A stretch of DNA of 64,000 bases from assembly GCA_964016885.1 (NCBI GenBank), contig OZ024743.1:65844001-65908000 (forward strand), read 5' to 3'. A model generated the notes under the pieces. That model was given only the letters and a program-made list of their open reading frames with translations, did no database searches and was not told the DNA's origin. Every line of letters starts with the position of its first letter. Within the stretch, counting starts at the first letter, position 1. The translations under genes and the position numbers were made by a program. Shown in pieces: positions 15,734-30,177 of the stretch. The DNA comes from Eledone cirrhosa (taxonomy: Eukaryota).

Positions 15734-16378
15734 AATAAAATTGGCGTAGACATTACAGTACAATACAATGGGAGGAAACATAATAGTACCACTAATGATG
15801 TTGCAGATGTGCAACGAAAGAACTTTGATAGACTATATATATATATATTTATATTTGTACTTTTAACGGTTGGTCAAACATTGATTGCCAAATAAATTAA
15901 CTATGGAGATATAAAAGATACAGACGCGAAAACCAACCCAACAGTGAGTGTGTTATGTTATTATTTCTGGCAACATTATTACAACATTATGACCCTCCCC
16001 AAGAAGAACTGCGAAACCGGTAAAAGAACCAAATAAGTATATATATATTTTTTTTAAAAGACTCCAGTTGCATTTTCGATTTCATCTTTTTTCCTTATAC
16101 TTTCACTCGTGTAGGACACATCGGTTTTTTTTTTTTCATTTTGTAAAAAAACCTCACTTTCTAATATATATATATATATAGCTCTTTTCAATGGCTGATA
16201 ATACCTTACCAGCGCCACTCGAATAAGGTAATTATTTAATCCATAAAGGGGTTACTACTCCTTGCCAGAGCAGACATGGGAGTTATGACAACTAAGGAGT
16301 AACTCCACATTCCCCATAGCTCCTGAACTTACGAACTGGAGCCTTGCCACTGGATGTAGTTTAATGTCACACCCAGGG

Positions 16379-16442
<64 letters not shown>

Positions 16443-16454
16443 CACACAGACACA

Positions 16455-16549
<95 letters not shown>

Positions 16550-16618
16550 GAAGCGTAAAACTAATATATTTATACATTGTACTGTATCGTTTGCTTTGTG
16601 ATTTCTGATTACTTTTTG

Positions 16619-16667
<49 letters not shown>

Positions 16668-16747
16668 TGAGTGTTGTGTGTGTGTGCGTACAAAATATAC
16701 ACAAATAACAAAGCAAAGGATACAGTACAATGAAGAAATATAACACT

Positions 16748-16785
<38 letters not shown>

Positions 16786-16791
16786 AAGTGA

Positions 16792-17018
16792 AGGGCGGTG
16801 GATTGGCAGTATCGGTAGAGGGTCAGACGCCATGCTTTGCAGCATAGAGTTACTCCCCTTTATGATCTGAGTTCAAATCCCGCCGAGGTTAACTTTGCCT
16901 TTCATCCTTACGGGGGTCGATAAAATAAAGTACCAGTCACGCACTGGGGTCGATTTGATCGACTTTCCCCTCCCCCAAAATTGCTGGCCTTGTGCCTATA
17001 TAAGAAACCATTATTATT
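16792..17018 (+). mobile_element. tRNA-derived SINE family A (full length)
   Basis: A box, B box, central domain and (TTA)n tail present. Confidence 0.85.
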
Positions 17019-17019
17019 A

Positions 17020-17640
17020 GAAAGTGATTTTTTTTTTTTAAAAATGAAAATAAAAACCGAGGTGTCCTACACGAATGAAAGTATAAGGAAAAAAGATGAA
17101 ATCGAAAATGCAACTGGAGTCTTTTTAAAAAAAATATATATATTTATTTGGTTCCTTTACCGGTTTCGCAGTTCTTCTGCTTTTCAAAAGTAGAGTTGAG
17201 ATGGAGGGTTTGTGGTTTTTCTTACATCTTGTTGGTCTTTGAATGTTACTTCTGTTTTATATGGAAAAAAGTGGCTCGAAGTGCTAGGTTTTTAGAGAAG
17301 TAATTTGGTTGGTTGGTGAATAAGTATAATAAATTTCGCGCCAGTTCGCGTTACAAAGTTCTTATCATATTTGCCTTCAAACAGGGGGGGGGGGGGGGGG
17401 GGGGGGCTCAGGTTGTTTTTTCATATATGAGTGAAGCTTGGTTGGTTGATGCAGTTGCGTGAATAAGCACATCAGCTTTCGCGCCAATTTGTGTTTGAAT
17501 TTCTTTTTACTTAAAAAAAGGTGGCCCACGAAGGCTTTTTAAAAAAAATGTAATTTGATTGGTTATAAATGAAATTATGACTGTCACGTGAACAAGTACA
17601 TTAAATTTCGCGCCCGTATTTTAGAATTTTTTTGTACCCA
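17020..17640 (-). mobile_element. 3' end copy of PLE 1 with terminal tail
   Basis: Reverse complement of about 2095-2613 plus about 65 bp of tail that is absent at 2614. Confidence 0.85.
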
Positions 17641-17730
17641 TATATATATATATATATATATATATAAGTAGTAACAGAACAGTTAGTTCACCATACCAAG
17701 AACAATTGTTTCACCTTAGCGGATCTTCTA

Positions 17731-17768
17731 CGAGCTGAAGATCCGCTAAGGTGAAACAATTGTTCTCG
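17731..17768 (+). ncRNA. Type I hammerhead ribozyme motif inside fold-back 17666-17826
   Basis: CGAG CTGAAGA T CC GCTAA GG T GAAA CAATTG TT CTCG: stems I and II paired, palindromic stem III. Confidence 0.8.
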
Positions 17769-17825
17769 GTATGGTGTTACTAGTTCTACGTTCTACCGAA
17801 CTCGTCCCATGGACTGAGTGTTCTA

Positions 17826-17934
<109 letters not shown>

Positions 17935-18369
17935 TAAAATAACAGATTAAAGTTTAAGCAAAGAATCGCTGCTTTCACCCTTCTGAAACTAACAAAGTCA
18001 ATCTGTAAATACATTTGTGTATTTACATGTAGGTATGTGTGTGCGTTTGTTCTATACGTATTTTATTTATATACGTATTTGTGTTTGTTAGCCATTGTGG
18101 TCCCAGCTCAGTGTCCACCAGTTCTAGGCACCCAGAGACAATGTGGATGATTGTATCTCCGTGGTTTCCACACAACCAGCATTGTAGGTCTTTTTCATCT
18201 TTGACAATACTTTAGAAGTTTGTATCTAATTAGGAGGCTGTAGGTCCCGAGCAGGGGCCTAAATGTGTTGACCTGCTCGTGGTGGGCCCTGGGCACTGAT
18301 TACTGATCTCTGAACTCGGTCAAGCGAACGATAACAACCTGACACCAACTGATACGTATGTTGTTGTTG

Positions 18370-18612
18370 TTACAGCTTACACCTATGTAGGTTTACCTGG
18401 CCTCCTCCAATGTATATCTCGGAGGTGTCTTGGGTGATTTAATGATAGGGACCCCAGTCCTATCATCTGATTTCTACAGCTGAGTAAACTGGAGCAACGT
18501 GAAATAACGTGCCTTGTTCAAGGAAACAACACATCACCCGGTCCGAGAATTGAACTCACAACCTTTCGATTGCAAGCCCAATGCTCTAACCACTAACCAT
18601 GCGCCTTCGCAT
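18370..18612 (-). mobile_element. tRNA-derived SINE family B
   Basis: Reverse complement has TGGTTAGTGG A box, GAGTTCAATTC B box and TCCTTGAACAAGGCAC. Near-identical copy at 41499-41740. Confidence 0.75.
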
Positions 18613-19040
18613 GATATGTATGAGGAAGAAGAAGCAGAAGAAGAAGAAGAAGAAGAAAAAGTATTCAGCACGGTGTTCATTTGTTTCTTCAGCCATTCCT
18701 CTAGTGGCTCTTACATTCTTTTATAGTACTCCTCATACCTTTCCTCCCGGCCCAACTTGTAGTAAGACGCCTCACGCCTCTTGCCGGGATAATAGAACAA
18801 ACCTAGTTATCTCCCACTGGTTGAGAACACGAGGAGTAAACAGACAGCCACTAGAAAGCAGACTGATCACACGCCAGAAAGCAGCCTCTGTACCACGCCA
18901 CAGAAAGCAGCCAAGGGAACAGTAAACAATAAACCCACAATACTTTTGTAATGGTAATACGTTCCTTTCACGACAACTGACCACGTCAACATTTGGTACG
19001 TTCCATTTGTAGTATAAATAAATCACCATTATTTACAATT

Positions 19041-20080
19041 GTTGAAATCCCGCCGAGGTTGACTTTGCCTTTCATCCTTACGGGGTCGATAAAATAAAGT
19101 ACCAGTAATGCACTGGTAATTGCTGGCCTTGTGCCTAAAGTAGAAACAATTATTTACAATTGTTGAATTTAACTCGTTGTGGTTATTGTCTTGTTTGCGC
19201 ACACACTCACTCACTGTGTTATAATTCTCACAAACACAAAATGGTAAATAGACGAGGGACCTTCCCTCACGTCTATGTCAATGAACTATCCAACTAGGAT
19301 ACCTTACATTTTACCACACTGGTGACTCCGACGTGATACCTCTACACTGCTAAAGTGGTGACCCCGACGTGATTCAAACACGAGTATTAGAATGTGGATT
19401 GGCAGAGTCGGTTTAGTGTCGGGAAAATGCATAGCATTACTTTTCTGGTTCTTTACATTCTGAGTTCAAATCTCACCGAGGTCATGTTTGCGTTTAAAAT
19501 AAAGTCAAGGACTGGAATCAATTTAATCGACCTCCCCATCCAATAAAATTGTTGGTCTTGTGCCTAAATCAGAAATCATTAATAGGGTGGTAGTTTGGCA
19601 GTATCGGTAGAGCGTCGGATAAAACAACCTTTGCAGTATTTAGTTACATACCTTTATGTTATCTATTCAAATCCCACCGAGGTTAGTTTTGTCTTTCAGC
19701 CTTACGAAGTTGATAACATATTGCATCAGTGATACACTGGGGTGGATTTAATCGCTTTTCCTCTTCTACCATAATTGCTGGCCTTTCGCCTTTATTAAGG
19801 CGGTGGATTGGCAGTATCGGTAGAGGGTCGGACGCCATGCTTTCTATCATAGAGTTACGGCCCTTGCCATTCTGAGTTCAAATCCCGCTGAGGTTAACTT
19901 TGCCTTTCATGCTTACGGGGTCGATAAAATAAAGTACCAGTAATACACTGGTTGATTGCTGGTCTTGTGCCAAATGTAGAAACAATTATTAAAGCGGTAG
20001 ATTGGAAGATTTGTAAGAGTTTAGCAATACTTCTCCCGGCTCCTTCCGTTTTAAGTTCAAATCCCGCTGAGGTCAACTTT
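19041..20080 (+). mobile_element. Cluster of about 5 SINE family A copies, mostly in tandem
   Basis: Repeated A box / GAGTTCAAATC / GCCTTTCATCC units at about 19041, 19394, 19585, 19797 and 19992. Confidence 0.8.
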
Positions 20081-20164
20081 TCACTTCAACATTTCACGCT
20101 CGACGTCTAAAGTTGAAACCATTAGTATTAGTATTATCATAAACGAACGGTAAACAAATCTACT

Positions 20165-20632
20165 ACAGTTCTCAACAACTACCACCACCACCTCCACCAA
20201 CACCATCAGCACCACCTCCACCACTACCCCGCCCCAAACAACAACGACACAAACCCAACCCATCATCAACACACACCACCCACCAGCCACCTCCACCACC
20301 ACCACCACAACAACAACAACAACCCAACACCAACAATACCACCACCACCACTACCACCACCACCAACTACCCAACCCATAACCACCACTGCTACAACAAC
20401 AACAACAACAACAAGATCCCAACACCGTCAACACCACCACCACCACCACCACCACCAGTACCAGCATCAGCACCAACACCAACAACCCAACAAACCACCA
20501 CCACCATCATCAACATCAGCACCAGCACCAACTACCCAACCCACACCACCACCACCACCACCACCATCACCACCACTACTACAACAACAACAGCAACAAC
20601 AACCACCAGCACAACTAGCAACCAGCTACTAC
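20165..20632. repeat. (CAC/CAA)n microsatellite
   Basis: Direct reading. Confidence 0.9.
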
Positions 20633-20802
20633 AGCTGTTTCCTACATCTGTGCATAGGGGTGTCACCATGCAGTCTTGATGCACTTTCATTAGAATTGAG
20701 GGGGTTACGCCACGAACGCAGTCAACACGTGCACTGTTTACAATTGGGCACGCGGGCCCCTCACCGACATCACGTTTATTAAAAGAGCATTAATTAACAA
20801 CT

Positions 20803-20992
20803 GTGGGGTGGATTGGCAGTATCGGTAGAGGGTTTGACGCCATGCTTTGCAGCAAAGAGTTAGGCCCTTTATGATCTGAGTTCAAATCCCACCGAGGTTA
20901 ACTTTGTCTTTCATCCTTACGGGGTCGATAAAATAAAGTACCAGTAATACACTGAGATAATTGCTGGCCTTGTGCGAAAGTAGAAATAATTA
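20803..20992 (+). mobile_element. SINE family A
   Basis: Matches the consensus. A diverged family B copy follows at about 21045-21240 and a diverged family A copy at about 21290-21435. Confidence 0.8.
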
Positions 20993-23900
20993 ATTAACAA
21001 CAGTTCAATCAGGAATGATCGCTTGAATATTAAACAAGCTAGGGCGTAAGGGTGTTGGACATACGATCATAATGTCGTGTTTTCGATTCCTGGGCTGGGT
21101 TGCTTGTTGTGTTCTGGAGCAAAACACTTCATTTCATGTTGCTCTAGTATACTCAGCTGAAGTTGTGTACCAGCAATAGCTGGGGATTTAACCCTGCGAT
21201 GGACTGGTGTCCTGTCCAGGGGGAGTATTGTACTCTCAGTCGTACATACGTTCATATGTACATAAACACATACACACATACATACCTTGTGTTGGATTAG
21301 CAAAATTGATAAAGCATTGGATATTGCAGTATTTGTCCCAGTTCGGTACATTCAGAGTTCAAATTCTACTAGGGTTAACTTTGCCTTTCATCTTTTCAAC
21401 GTCAATAAAAGAAATACCAGTTCACTACTAGGGTCTATTCCTCATCTTTCTTTCTTTCTCAAGCAGAAATCAACTTTGTTACGGCTTGGAGAGGGATGGG
21501 CTCCTGCACATTCAAAAAGCCTAAGATATACCGTGTGTTAGAGCAGTGCTCCTACGACTTCAGTAACAGTTAAGCACAGGTTACCTTAGTCTTTCTCTGT
21601 CAATCGCCTGCCGTATCTATACGGAAGCCATTTCTGCACCACTCTCCACTTTACGAATCACTGAAACATCCTTCCTATCCAAGCTAGACAGGACATAGTA
21701 TTTTTAGTTACAAACCAACGATCTTCCATCTCCAACGGAAGCAATACACACCGTTATCTTCGTGCCTTTCACGATTCCCTAAGTTCTTCATATTTAAAAC
21801 TCTTTTTTAGAAATGTCTTCTCCATATTACCCTCCAAAAAATCAGATGTTTTTTGACAAGTCAGACCCAGCCATAAGGTCAGAGTGTTGTACTTGGAAAT
21901 ACTGGTAATTTCTTGAAATCCAGCTGCAACTTCCAGTATTTCAACACAGAGTAAACATGTAGAAAAAAAAACAGCAATCTAACGAAAGTCTACAGTTGTT
22001 GGTAAATTTATTTAATTCAATTCAATCTAATTACACTGTCTTCAGTTATTTACAAAATTAAATTAAATTAAATTAAATTAAATTAAAGTATTTTTTATTG
22101 TGTGATTCTGGTATGCGAGTCAATGTACCTATTTATCTACCTATTTATCTACCGTCTATCGCTTAATTAATATTATAATTCCTTACGAACATACAAGGTC
22201 AGGTATTTAGAGGAGGGGTATAACCGAGTAAATTGACCTCAACACATGACTGATATTTGGAAGGATGAAAAATATATTTGACGTCAGTAGGATTTGAATC
22301 CAGAATGTTTTACACCACGGTGTATAATGCTAACATACGGCTAATGTAATCACAGTAACTCTTTCACTTTTCTCCCCCTTCATTTTATTGCAGAATTCCA
22401 AACTTTTTTTTTTACCCTTTTTTTTTACGATTAGAAGAGAATTTATAATGAACTACTTCAACGTAAACGAAACCTGAGTAATGAAAACACAAGAGTAAAG
22501 AGGAGTGAACAAAACACACAAATTGAAGATTACATTGAATATCATCAGAGTTCGTGAGAAAAAAACGATACGTATTTGGAAATAGTAAATAACGGGCAAA
22601 GAATTCATTAGCTTTCAAAGCCTGCTTGATTTCTTTTTACATTTAACGCAGCAGAGTTGAGGATAATTGTAATAATAACAGTCATTTTTGTTTTTTTGCA
22701 CTGATTCCATTCAATTATAATACCAGAACAGAAAATATTTCATGAAATCATGAAGCAAAAAAAGCTCTCACCCTACAATTTTTCTTAAATTATCAACAAA
22801 CAGACACTAGTATTAAAAATAACAATTTTCTTTTAACGGAGTTCGATGAATGTTTGATTTAATAGAGTGACGGATATAATGTTTTTCCATAGTTATATTC
22901 TATGTTCAAACTACGCCCAGACTTCTTAAAGTTTTATCGTTTCAGGGTTGATCAAATAAAGTATGAATTAAGACCCACATTTGCTGATGATAGTGAGAAA
23001 TAGAGGGTGAGCGGGAGAGATGGAGGCAGTGGGGGTTTGGTTCCATCATTTTCGGTCCTGGTGTATATGACAGATAGGGTGAGCATGAGAGACAGAGGCA
23101 GTGGGAGTTTGGTTCTATTCTGTTCGGTTCTTGTGTATTTGTATATATTTATTTACCCCACCACATTTTATTTACCTGAAATACTCTGCCTATGAGGTAT
23201 AATGAAGTTGTCATTACCTAACTTATTCGTAAATATAAAAACTTCTCCGAGGCACAAGCCCGAGTGAGGTGTTTCTGTGGAGAACTATTAGTCACTAATG
23301 CAGGCCAACCTCCCATCTTCACGCCACTGATGTTGCCCAAAAGTTGTAGATATAATATCGTCGACTATAAATTTGAAAATGTATACTTCAGTAACAAAAA
23401 CTATCAAATATGTATATATATACATACACACACACATGCACACATACCCACTCATACATACACACACACATGCACGCCTACCCACTCATGCATACACACA
23501 CACACGTGCACGCATACCCACTCATGCATACACACACACGCAGTAAACAGTGGGATTTATGTATGATTTGGTAGTATGTGCCATATTTTCGCTAAGGGTT
23601 TTAGGTGCCCATGTAGTCTCGAGCAGGTACAAACACCCCCTCGATCTTCTTCCACATGATCCAGCAGATGTGACATTTGAAAGAAAAGAGGGCTGTACCC
23701 AGAGCCTGATTTAATGGGGGAAGGGGGCAATTACCTCGGGCCCTCCACAGCAGAGGGTCCCACCAGCGACGACCGTATCGATTTATTTGTGCCCTGGGTT
23801 TTTTAGTTTTATTCTTTGACAACGAGAACTATATTTTTAACAATATGTATTTAATGTCCTTACTGTGGCAAAATTTATCAAATGTCCGGTCTAGGACTGT

Positions 23901-24326
23901 GACAACCGGTCCAATACAAGTCAGTGTGGAAAGTTGACGTAGAATGAGGATGGTTAGATTTTTTGAATTTAAGACCTGTATGTATAACTTTTCAATTCCA
24001 ATTACTTGCATCTAGTCAACTTTGATATGTAAACTTGGGATTTTGGTGTGTATTTTAACTTTTTGGTGTATGAACTAAAATGTTGCCATCCACAACTCTA
24101 ATGGTGTCTTGGATATATTGCAGCTAAATATAAAGCGAGATGGTCGTGACTGGAAAGTCTTTTACCTGGCCTCTTAAATGAGCTGACATGGGGCATCCAC
24201 ACAAATAAAAACAATAACAAGGATATAGGATTTCTTATCCAATTTCACATGTCGGATATATTGCAATTAATCGACTGCGTTATCCTAAATATAAAACAGT
24301 ACCTTGAATATAATTTTGGTGTTATT

Positions 24327-24815
24327 TCTAGATTCTCAACCATGAATGAGATTTAGCTCCTATTTCAACCATGAATGAGATTTCGTTCCTACTTTTAGAA
24401 TATTTAACAACCATGAATGAGATTGAGCTCCTACTTTTAGAATATTTAACAACCATGAATGAGATTGAGCTCCTATTTCTGGAACATTTAACAACCATGA
24501 ATGAGATTGAGCTCCTACTTTTAGAATATTTAACAACCATGAATGAGATTGAGCTCCTACTTTTAGAATATTTAACAACCATGAATGAGATTGGGCTCCT
24601 ACTTTTAGAATATTTAACAACCATGGATGAGATTTCGTTCCTATTTCCAGAAGATTTAACAACCATGAGTAAGACTTAGCTCCTATTTCTAGATTTTAAT
24701 ACCGTGAAAGAAATTTCTCTCCTATTTATAGAACATTTTTACGAGCGTTAATAAGATTTCACTTCTTTTTCTAAAGGATTTTAGAACATTGTTAGTGATT
24801 TTGCTGCTATTTCTA
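24327..24815. repeat. 42-bp tandem repeat (about 8 good copies plus degenerate edges)
   Basis: Unit caaccatgaatgagattgagctcctacttttagaatatttaa. Confidence 0.9.
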
Positions 24816-25867
24816 GGAAAACAAGCGACAGTGTACAGGGTCCAACGTTTCCATTTCCACGTTGTCGGTCCACTGCTGGATGGAGGTCTCAACGTGCTGT
24901 TGCCAACGTAGCTGTGCTGGTTTGAAGCCTACATGTCTACACTGAACAAATACCGCAAATGTATTTTATCCGACGATCTAATAATTCTGCAAACTAACCA
25001 CCCTTACCATAACTAAATATTCTAAGCTATTTCATCTGGCACTTTACCATTTCTGTCACTCAACAGTCTTTTGTAATTTTTCTTTAAATGACTAATGAAT
25101 ATTTTCTTTTGTACAAAACATGTTTTGTTTTTTTTTCACAGAACACACACATTTTTTGCATGTAACATGCTCACATTTTTATTTAGAAATCATAAAACAC
25201 AATTGAAAGCTAGATAAAAATACATAAACAATTTCTTCGAAATTCTAGCAGTTTGCATGATGAGTCAGTAATTAGAAGGGCGGCGAGGAAGATGATTATT
25301 TTGGGGGTTGGAAAACAGCACCATATATTTCTAAGGAAGTATGACTTGGGAAAAATAACCAGGGACGCCCGCTGCATGAAAAACAATTAGTAAAGTTGTA
25401 AAAATAGCTTTATTAGTATTTAAAAACTGAAAAAGTCGGAAAAGGGGAGGGCTCTATGGCCACAGAAAAATGGTAGAGGAAAGGGGAGGGTCATGGGCTC
25501 TGGGCCTAGGGCGCGGCGGTGTTGGGGCTGTACCTCACGGACAAGATCGCAAAAGCATTTCTGTGGACAATGGCCAGAAAGTCGGCGCTAATCGACATAG
25601 TATAACAAGCCAGTCAAGTAACTTTAATTAATTAATATTACACTTATAGTAATGAAAACGATGAGGTTTTATTGAAAATCAATCATAAATGTTGTTCTGT
25701 ACAGCGTAGATCCGATGTTAGCATTATGGTGACAACTCCGAATATGTTTCGTGCTTATTAGACATCATCAGCAAAGCATAATTTCACCATGAATTCAAAT
25801 CATAGACTGATTAGAGAGAATGTAGGATTTTCGTAAATGAACAATGAGCGTCATGATAATTTAAAAT

Positions 25868-26050
25868 AATTGTTTCTACTTTAGGCACAAGGCCAGCAAT
25901 TACCCAGTGCATTACTGGTACTTTATTTTATCGACCCCGTAAGGATGAAAGGCAAAGTCAACCTCGGCGGGATTTGAACTCAGATCGTAAAGGGACGTAA
26001 CTATGCTGGAAAGCATGGTGTCTGACCCTCTACCGATACTGCCAATCCAC
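25868..26050 (-). mobile_element. SINE family A
   Basis: Reverse complement of the consensus. Confidence 0.85.
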
Positions 26051-26466
26051 ATGATCGGGGAAAATACCCAGTGATGCTTGTTACATTAACAGCAAACAGG
26101 AAAGTGGACATTAAACCCAATGAAATAGCAGGCTATGATGCTTTAAATGATTAAAAGTATATCTTAACGATGAGAAAAAGTTATTTTAATGCTTGAACCT
26201 GGTAAAGAAGCAGGAAAGATAACTCTTGAATTTAGATTAAATTGACATGTATGTATGGATCCGTAAATCTTGGTAGATGTGTAGAGGTACTGTAGTGACA
26301 AACAGCATATCTTGGGTGGGCAATTTGTCTAAACCTGGAGGAGACCTTCCCTTCCCAGATATAAATAAGATCTATTTTTTCACAGAAGGAAAGAGAGTCA
26401 AGAGAAGAAGTGAGAAAGAAATATATAAGAATCGACCCCAGTGCTGAACTGTTACATTTTTATCGA

Positions 26467-26663
26467 CCATAGTATCGGAACTGTGATGTCTCAATTCGGA
26501 GAAGTAGTGGCTCTACCTGGAGTGACCCTCTGATATCCAAGCTACGCACTCTATCGAGTAACGTTACTCCAAAGACCCTTCGAAGGAACCCTATTTCGGC
26601 CGCTTCTATTCGCTATCGTATTCTTTAGATCATTACCCAAGATTCATGACCACAGGTAAGGGC
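26467..26663 (-). pseudogene. RTE-clade (Expander/Rex3-like) LINE ORF fragment
   Basis: Minus frame reads LTCGHESWVMI*RIR*RIEAAEIGFLRRVFGVTLLDRVRSLDIRGSLQVEPLLLRIETSQFRYYG, the typical post-RT region of RTE elements. Confidence 0.75.
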
Positions 26664-26736
26664 AATTATTTTGCTCACTGTTAAAAAATAAAATCCTCAT
26701 AAAAGACAACCCTAGAATTTAAATTAATCTTTATTT

Positions 26737-26951
26737 GCTGTTGCTGCCATTGCTGATGTTGCTGCTGTTAATGCTGCTGATGCTGTTTGTTACTGTTGTT
26801 GCTGCTGGAGCTGTTGTTGCTGCTGATGCTGTTGCTGTTGTTTCTGTCACTGTTGCTGCCTTTGTCAGTTTCTGATGCTGTTATTGCTGCTGCTGCTACT
26901 GACGTTTCTTATGATACCGTTACTGTTGTTTCTGCTGCTGTTGCTGCTACT

Positions 26952-26982
<31 letters not shown>

Positions 26983-27250
26983 TTGCCTTTGTCAGTTTCT
27001 TCTTCTTCTTCTGCTGCTGCTGCTGTCTCTAATATTTGCTGTTTTTGTTGTTTGATGACGTGATTTTGTAATTGCTACAGCTGTTGCCTTTGTTTCCTAA
27101 TACGGTTGGTGTGGTGTGGTGTAGTGTAGTGTAGTGCGGTGTGGTGTAGTGCGGTGTGGTGTGGTGCGGTGCGGTGTGATGTGGTGTGGTGCGGTATGGT
27201 GTGGTACAGCGTGGTGCGGTGTGGTGTGGTGCAGTATGGTTCGGTGTGGT
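26737..27250. repeat. (GCT/GTT)n and (GTGGT)n microsatellites
   Basis: Direct reading. Confidence 0.85.
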
Positions 27251-28413
27251 AACGTGCACTATTTGATGTGGTTACAGACGTTATCATTGTTGCATAAAGC
27301 AGACGACATTGGTTTTACTGTAGTTAGTTATTGTTGTTACTAATGCACTGACGAATTATCTTATCTATTTCGGCAGCTGTTACTAATGCAATAGTCACCA
27401 TTTCACTATTATGACATGTTACAATAATGATTTTATGCTCACATAAAGACAAATGTACACAGGTGGACTTAGCTAAAATACGAGGTACACGGAAGAAGTT
27501 TACCTCTTCAGTGTACCTTTAATTGGCCTACGTAATTGTCACTCTAATACATCCTTGATATAATTATAAGCTAACAGGACAAATCTTTTTTTCCAGTTTG
27601 AAGGTTCAGGTCGCTATAACACTTTAAAAACTACTTGTCATACACATCCTGTCACAGCTTACTGGTTCCACAATTAAATCATGGCGTAAGGACAACTTGG
27701 AGCCTTGATATCCAATACAGTTTTGTATCAAGATAGGCAGAAAACTATGAAATAGTTAAAACTGCTTACGGACTAACTTTCATGAGGCGGGTGACTATTT
27801 TCCGCCGACATAAGAGGTTCCAGGAGATAAGAGAGTAGGTGAGGGACGACAAGAAGTGTGGCAGGGAGAGGGCATCAGGACGTCAAATTGGTGTAGCAAA
27901 GTAGTGGACAATCTCCCCCACTCTCTTTGTATACACACATACACACATATATATACTCGTAACTCCTGATGTAGTCGTGGGGGTGCTGCGTAGGCGTTTC
28001 TTGGGCATTTATTAAAACGGGTGGAGTCCATTTTCTCCCCAAGTCTGAACACGGCCTATTTTTCCCAGAGAGAGAGAAAGAGAGAGAGAAGAAGAAGAAG
28101 AAGAAGTATCGACCCCAGAACTGGACTGGTACGTTTTTTATCAATTTCGAAAGAATAAAAATCAAAGTTGAATTCGGCAGGATTTGAACTCAGAGCGCAG
28201 AGAGTCGGAATAGCGAAAATCATTCTATGACTCTACAAACTCGACCCCTAAATAGAAGATGACACTTTCATAAAATATGAACATGTAAACAAGAAGTGAC
28301 AACAATATTTTTGCAACACTATCAACTACTCTACAATTTAATACCCAATTATATGTATGGATACATAAATCCTTGTAGAGACGTAATTGATGCAGGATAT
28401 ATATATATATCTT

Positions 28414-28447
<34 letters not shown>

Positions 28448-28458
28448 TTATTATATAT

Positions 28459-28511
<53 letters not shown>

Positions 28512-28523
28512 TTTATTATATAT

Positions 28524-28572
<49 letters not shown>

Positions 28573-28574
28573 TT

Positions 28575-28632
<58 letters not shown>

Positions 28633-28712
28633 TTATTATATATATTATATATATATATATATATTATATACGATATTATCAAATGGAAACTATATTTATA
28701 AAACCATATTTA

Positions 28713-28773
28713 TTTTATTATACATATTTCAAGGATACCATGTTAAATTATGGTATGCCTTCATCAGACAAAA
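28713..28773 (-). ncRNA. Type I hammerhead motif in fold-back 28665-29270
   Basis: Reverse complement TTTTGT CTGATGA AGGCATACCAT..ATGGTATCCTT GAAA TATGTA TA ATAAAA. Sister copy at 35012-35072. Confidence 0.75.
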
Positions 28774-29266
28774 TACAATATATACCAGTTTTATAAATAA
28801 ACATTGACGTACCCTTTCAAAATGCAACCGTTACTTTTGGAAGACATCAGGATAGTGGATTTGTTTATTTTAGTAAGTCGTTGTGTTAAGGAGAAGGAAA
28901 AAGACGGAGAGAGAGAAAAACCGAGAGAGAGAAAAGTGGAGAAAGAAAGGGAGAGATAAATAAAGAAAAAGAAGAAAACAGAAAAACAAGAGAGAGAGAT
29001 ATCAAACCACCAGACAGAGAGAAAAAAAATCAGGAAAGAGAAATATAGAGATAGAGAGAGGGGGAGAGAACGAGAACCTTAAGTCATGTCATATTAAGTT
29101 AAGTTAACATGGTATCCTTGAAATATGTATAATAAAATAAATATGGTTTTATAAATATAGTTTCCATTTGATATTATCGTATATTTACTCCAAATACTTG
29201 TCGAGTGCTTTATATCAGTTATACAAATATTTGCTTGTTGTATCCCAACAATTTAAATAGAACTTT

Positions 29267-29309
<43 letters not shown>

Positions 29310-29310
29310 T

Positions 29311-29346
<36 letters not shown>

Positions 29347-29352
29347 TTATTA

Positions 29353-29390
<38 letters not shown>

Positions 29391-29393
<3 letters not shown>

Positions 29394-29808
29394 GGAGGTG
29401 AGTTTTATTGTAGTACAATAAAGCAATGCAGATATCGGATAAGAAGCACTCTACAGTTTGTGGGACTGGAGTATGCATAATATAAGATCAAAAGATGGTT
29501 AAAGGAGTTCAATATATTTTATTATGCGCATTTCAAAAACAAACATCATCAAACAATAATATTTGTGTTTTCATCAGATAAAACAGGAGAACATGATATG
29601 AAGGCTAAAAAAACACTTGTTGATAGTGCAGTTTTAAATCAACATATATGTTGATTTAAAACTGCACTATCAACAAGTGTTTTTTTAGCCTTCATATCAT
29701 GTTCTCCTGTTTTATCTGATGAAAACACAAATATTATTGTTTGATGATGTTTGTTTTTGAAATGCGCATAATAAAATATATTGAACTCCTTTAACTATCT
29801 TTTGATCT

Positions 29809-29815
<7 letters not shown>
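29391..29815. mobile_element. Near-perfect spacerless palindromic mini-element
   Basis: Centre cata|tatg at 29646/29647, arms about 168 bp, extra tail at 29391-29477, embedded in (TA)n. Confidence 0.9.
29710..29776 (+). ncRNA. Type I hammerhead ribozyme motif
   Basis: TTTTAT CTGATGA AAACA...TGTTTTT GAAA TGCGCA TA ATAAAA. Stem III ATGCGCAT is palindromic. Confidence 0.8.
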
Positions 29816-29856
<41 letters not shown>

Positions 29857-29914
29857 TTATTATATATATATATATATATATCTTTATTATATATATATAT
29901 ATATATCTTTATTA

Positions 29915-29954
<40 letters not shown>

Positions 29955-29996
29955 AAGATATATATATATATAAAGATATATATATATATAAAATAA

Positions 29997-30037
<41 letters not shown>

Positions 30038-30137
30038 TAAGGAGATGTCAACATGAATAGACCTGTTATTTTGATCTAAAGAGATTTTTTCCAATTCCAT
30101 CCCGCTCGTCCCCTCAATCTATCTTATTTCTCATTCT

Positions 30138-30177
30138 TTCTTCTGATGAAGACTAGCGGCGTCCGAAACGTTAAGAG
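30138..30177 (+). ncRNA. Minimal type I hammerhead motif
   Basis: TTCTT CTGATGA A GAC TAGCGGC GTC C GAAA CG TT AAGAG, within mini-element 30036-30266 related to 2870-3045. Confidence 0.75.

Noticed and set aside
16792-16890. tRNA genes
   Set aside because: The A and B boxes belong to SINE heads, continue into SINE bodies and do not form a cloverleaf.
23601-23760. Short plus-strand open frame GAHVVSSRYKHPL..
   Set aside because: No donor site or homology recognised; it adjoins what looks like a DNA-transposon terminal remnant.
24328-24679. 14-aa repeat protein
   Set aside because: The 42-bp tandem repeat is open in several frames on both strands, with no evidence of coding constraint.
29391-29815. 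Palindromes as pure sequencing or assembly fold-back artefacts
   Set aside because: Arms in most cases differ by substitutions, the same asymmetric design recurs in many families and in independent copies, and junctions track the ribozyme. Not fully excluded for the perfect 3088-3558 palindrome.
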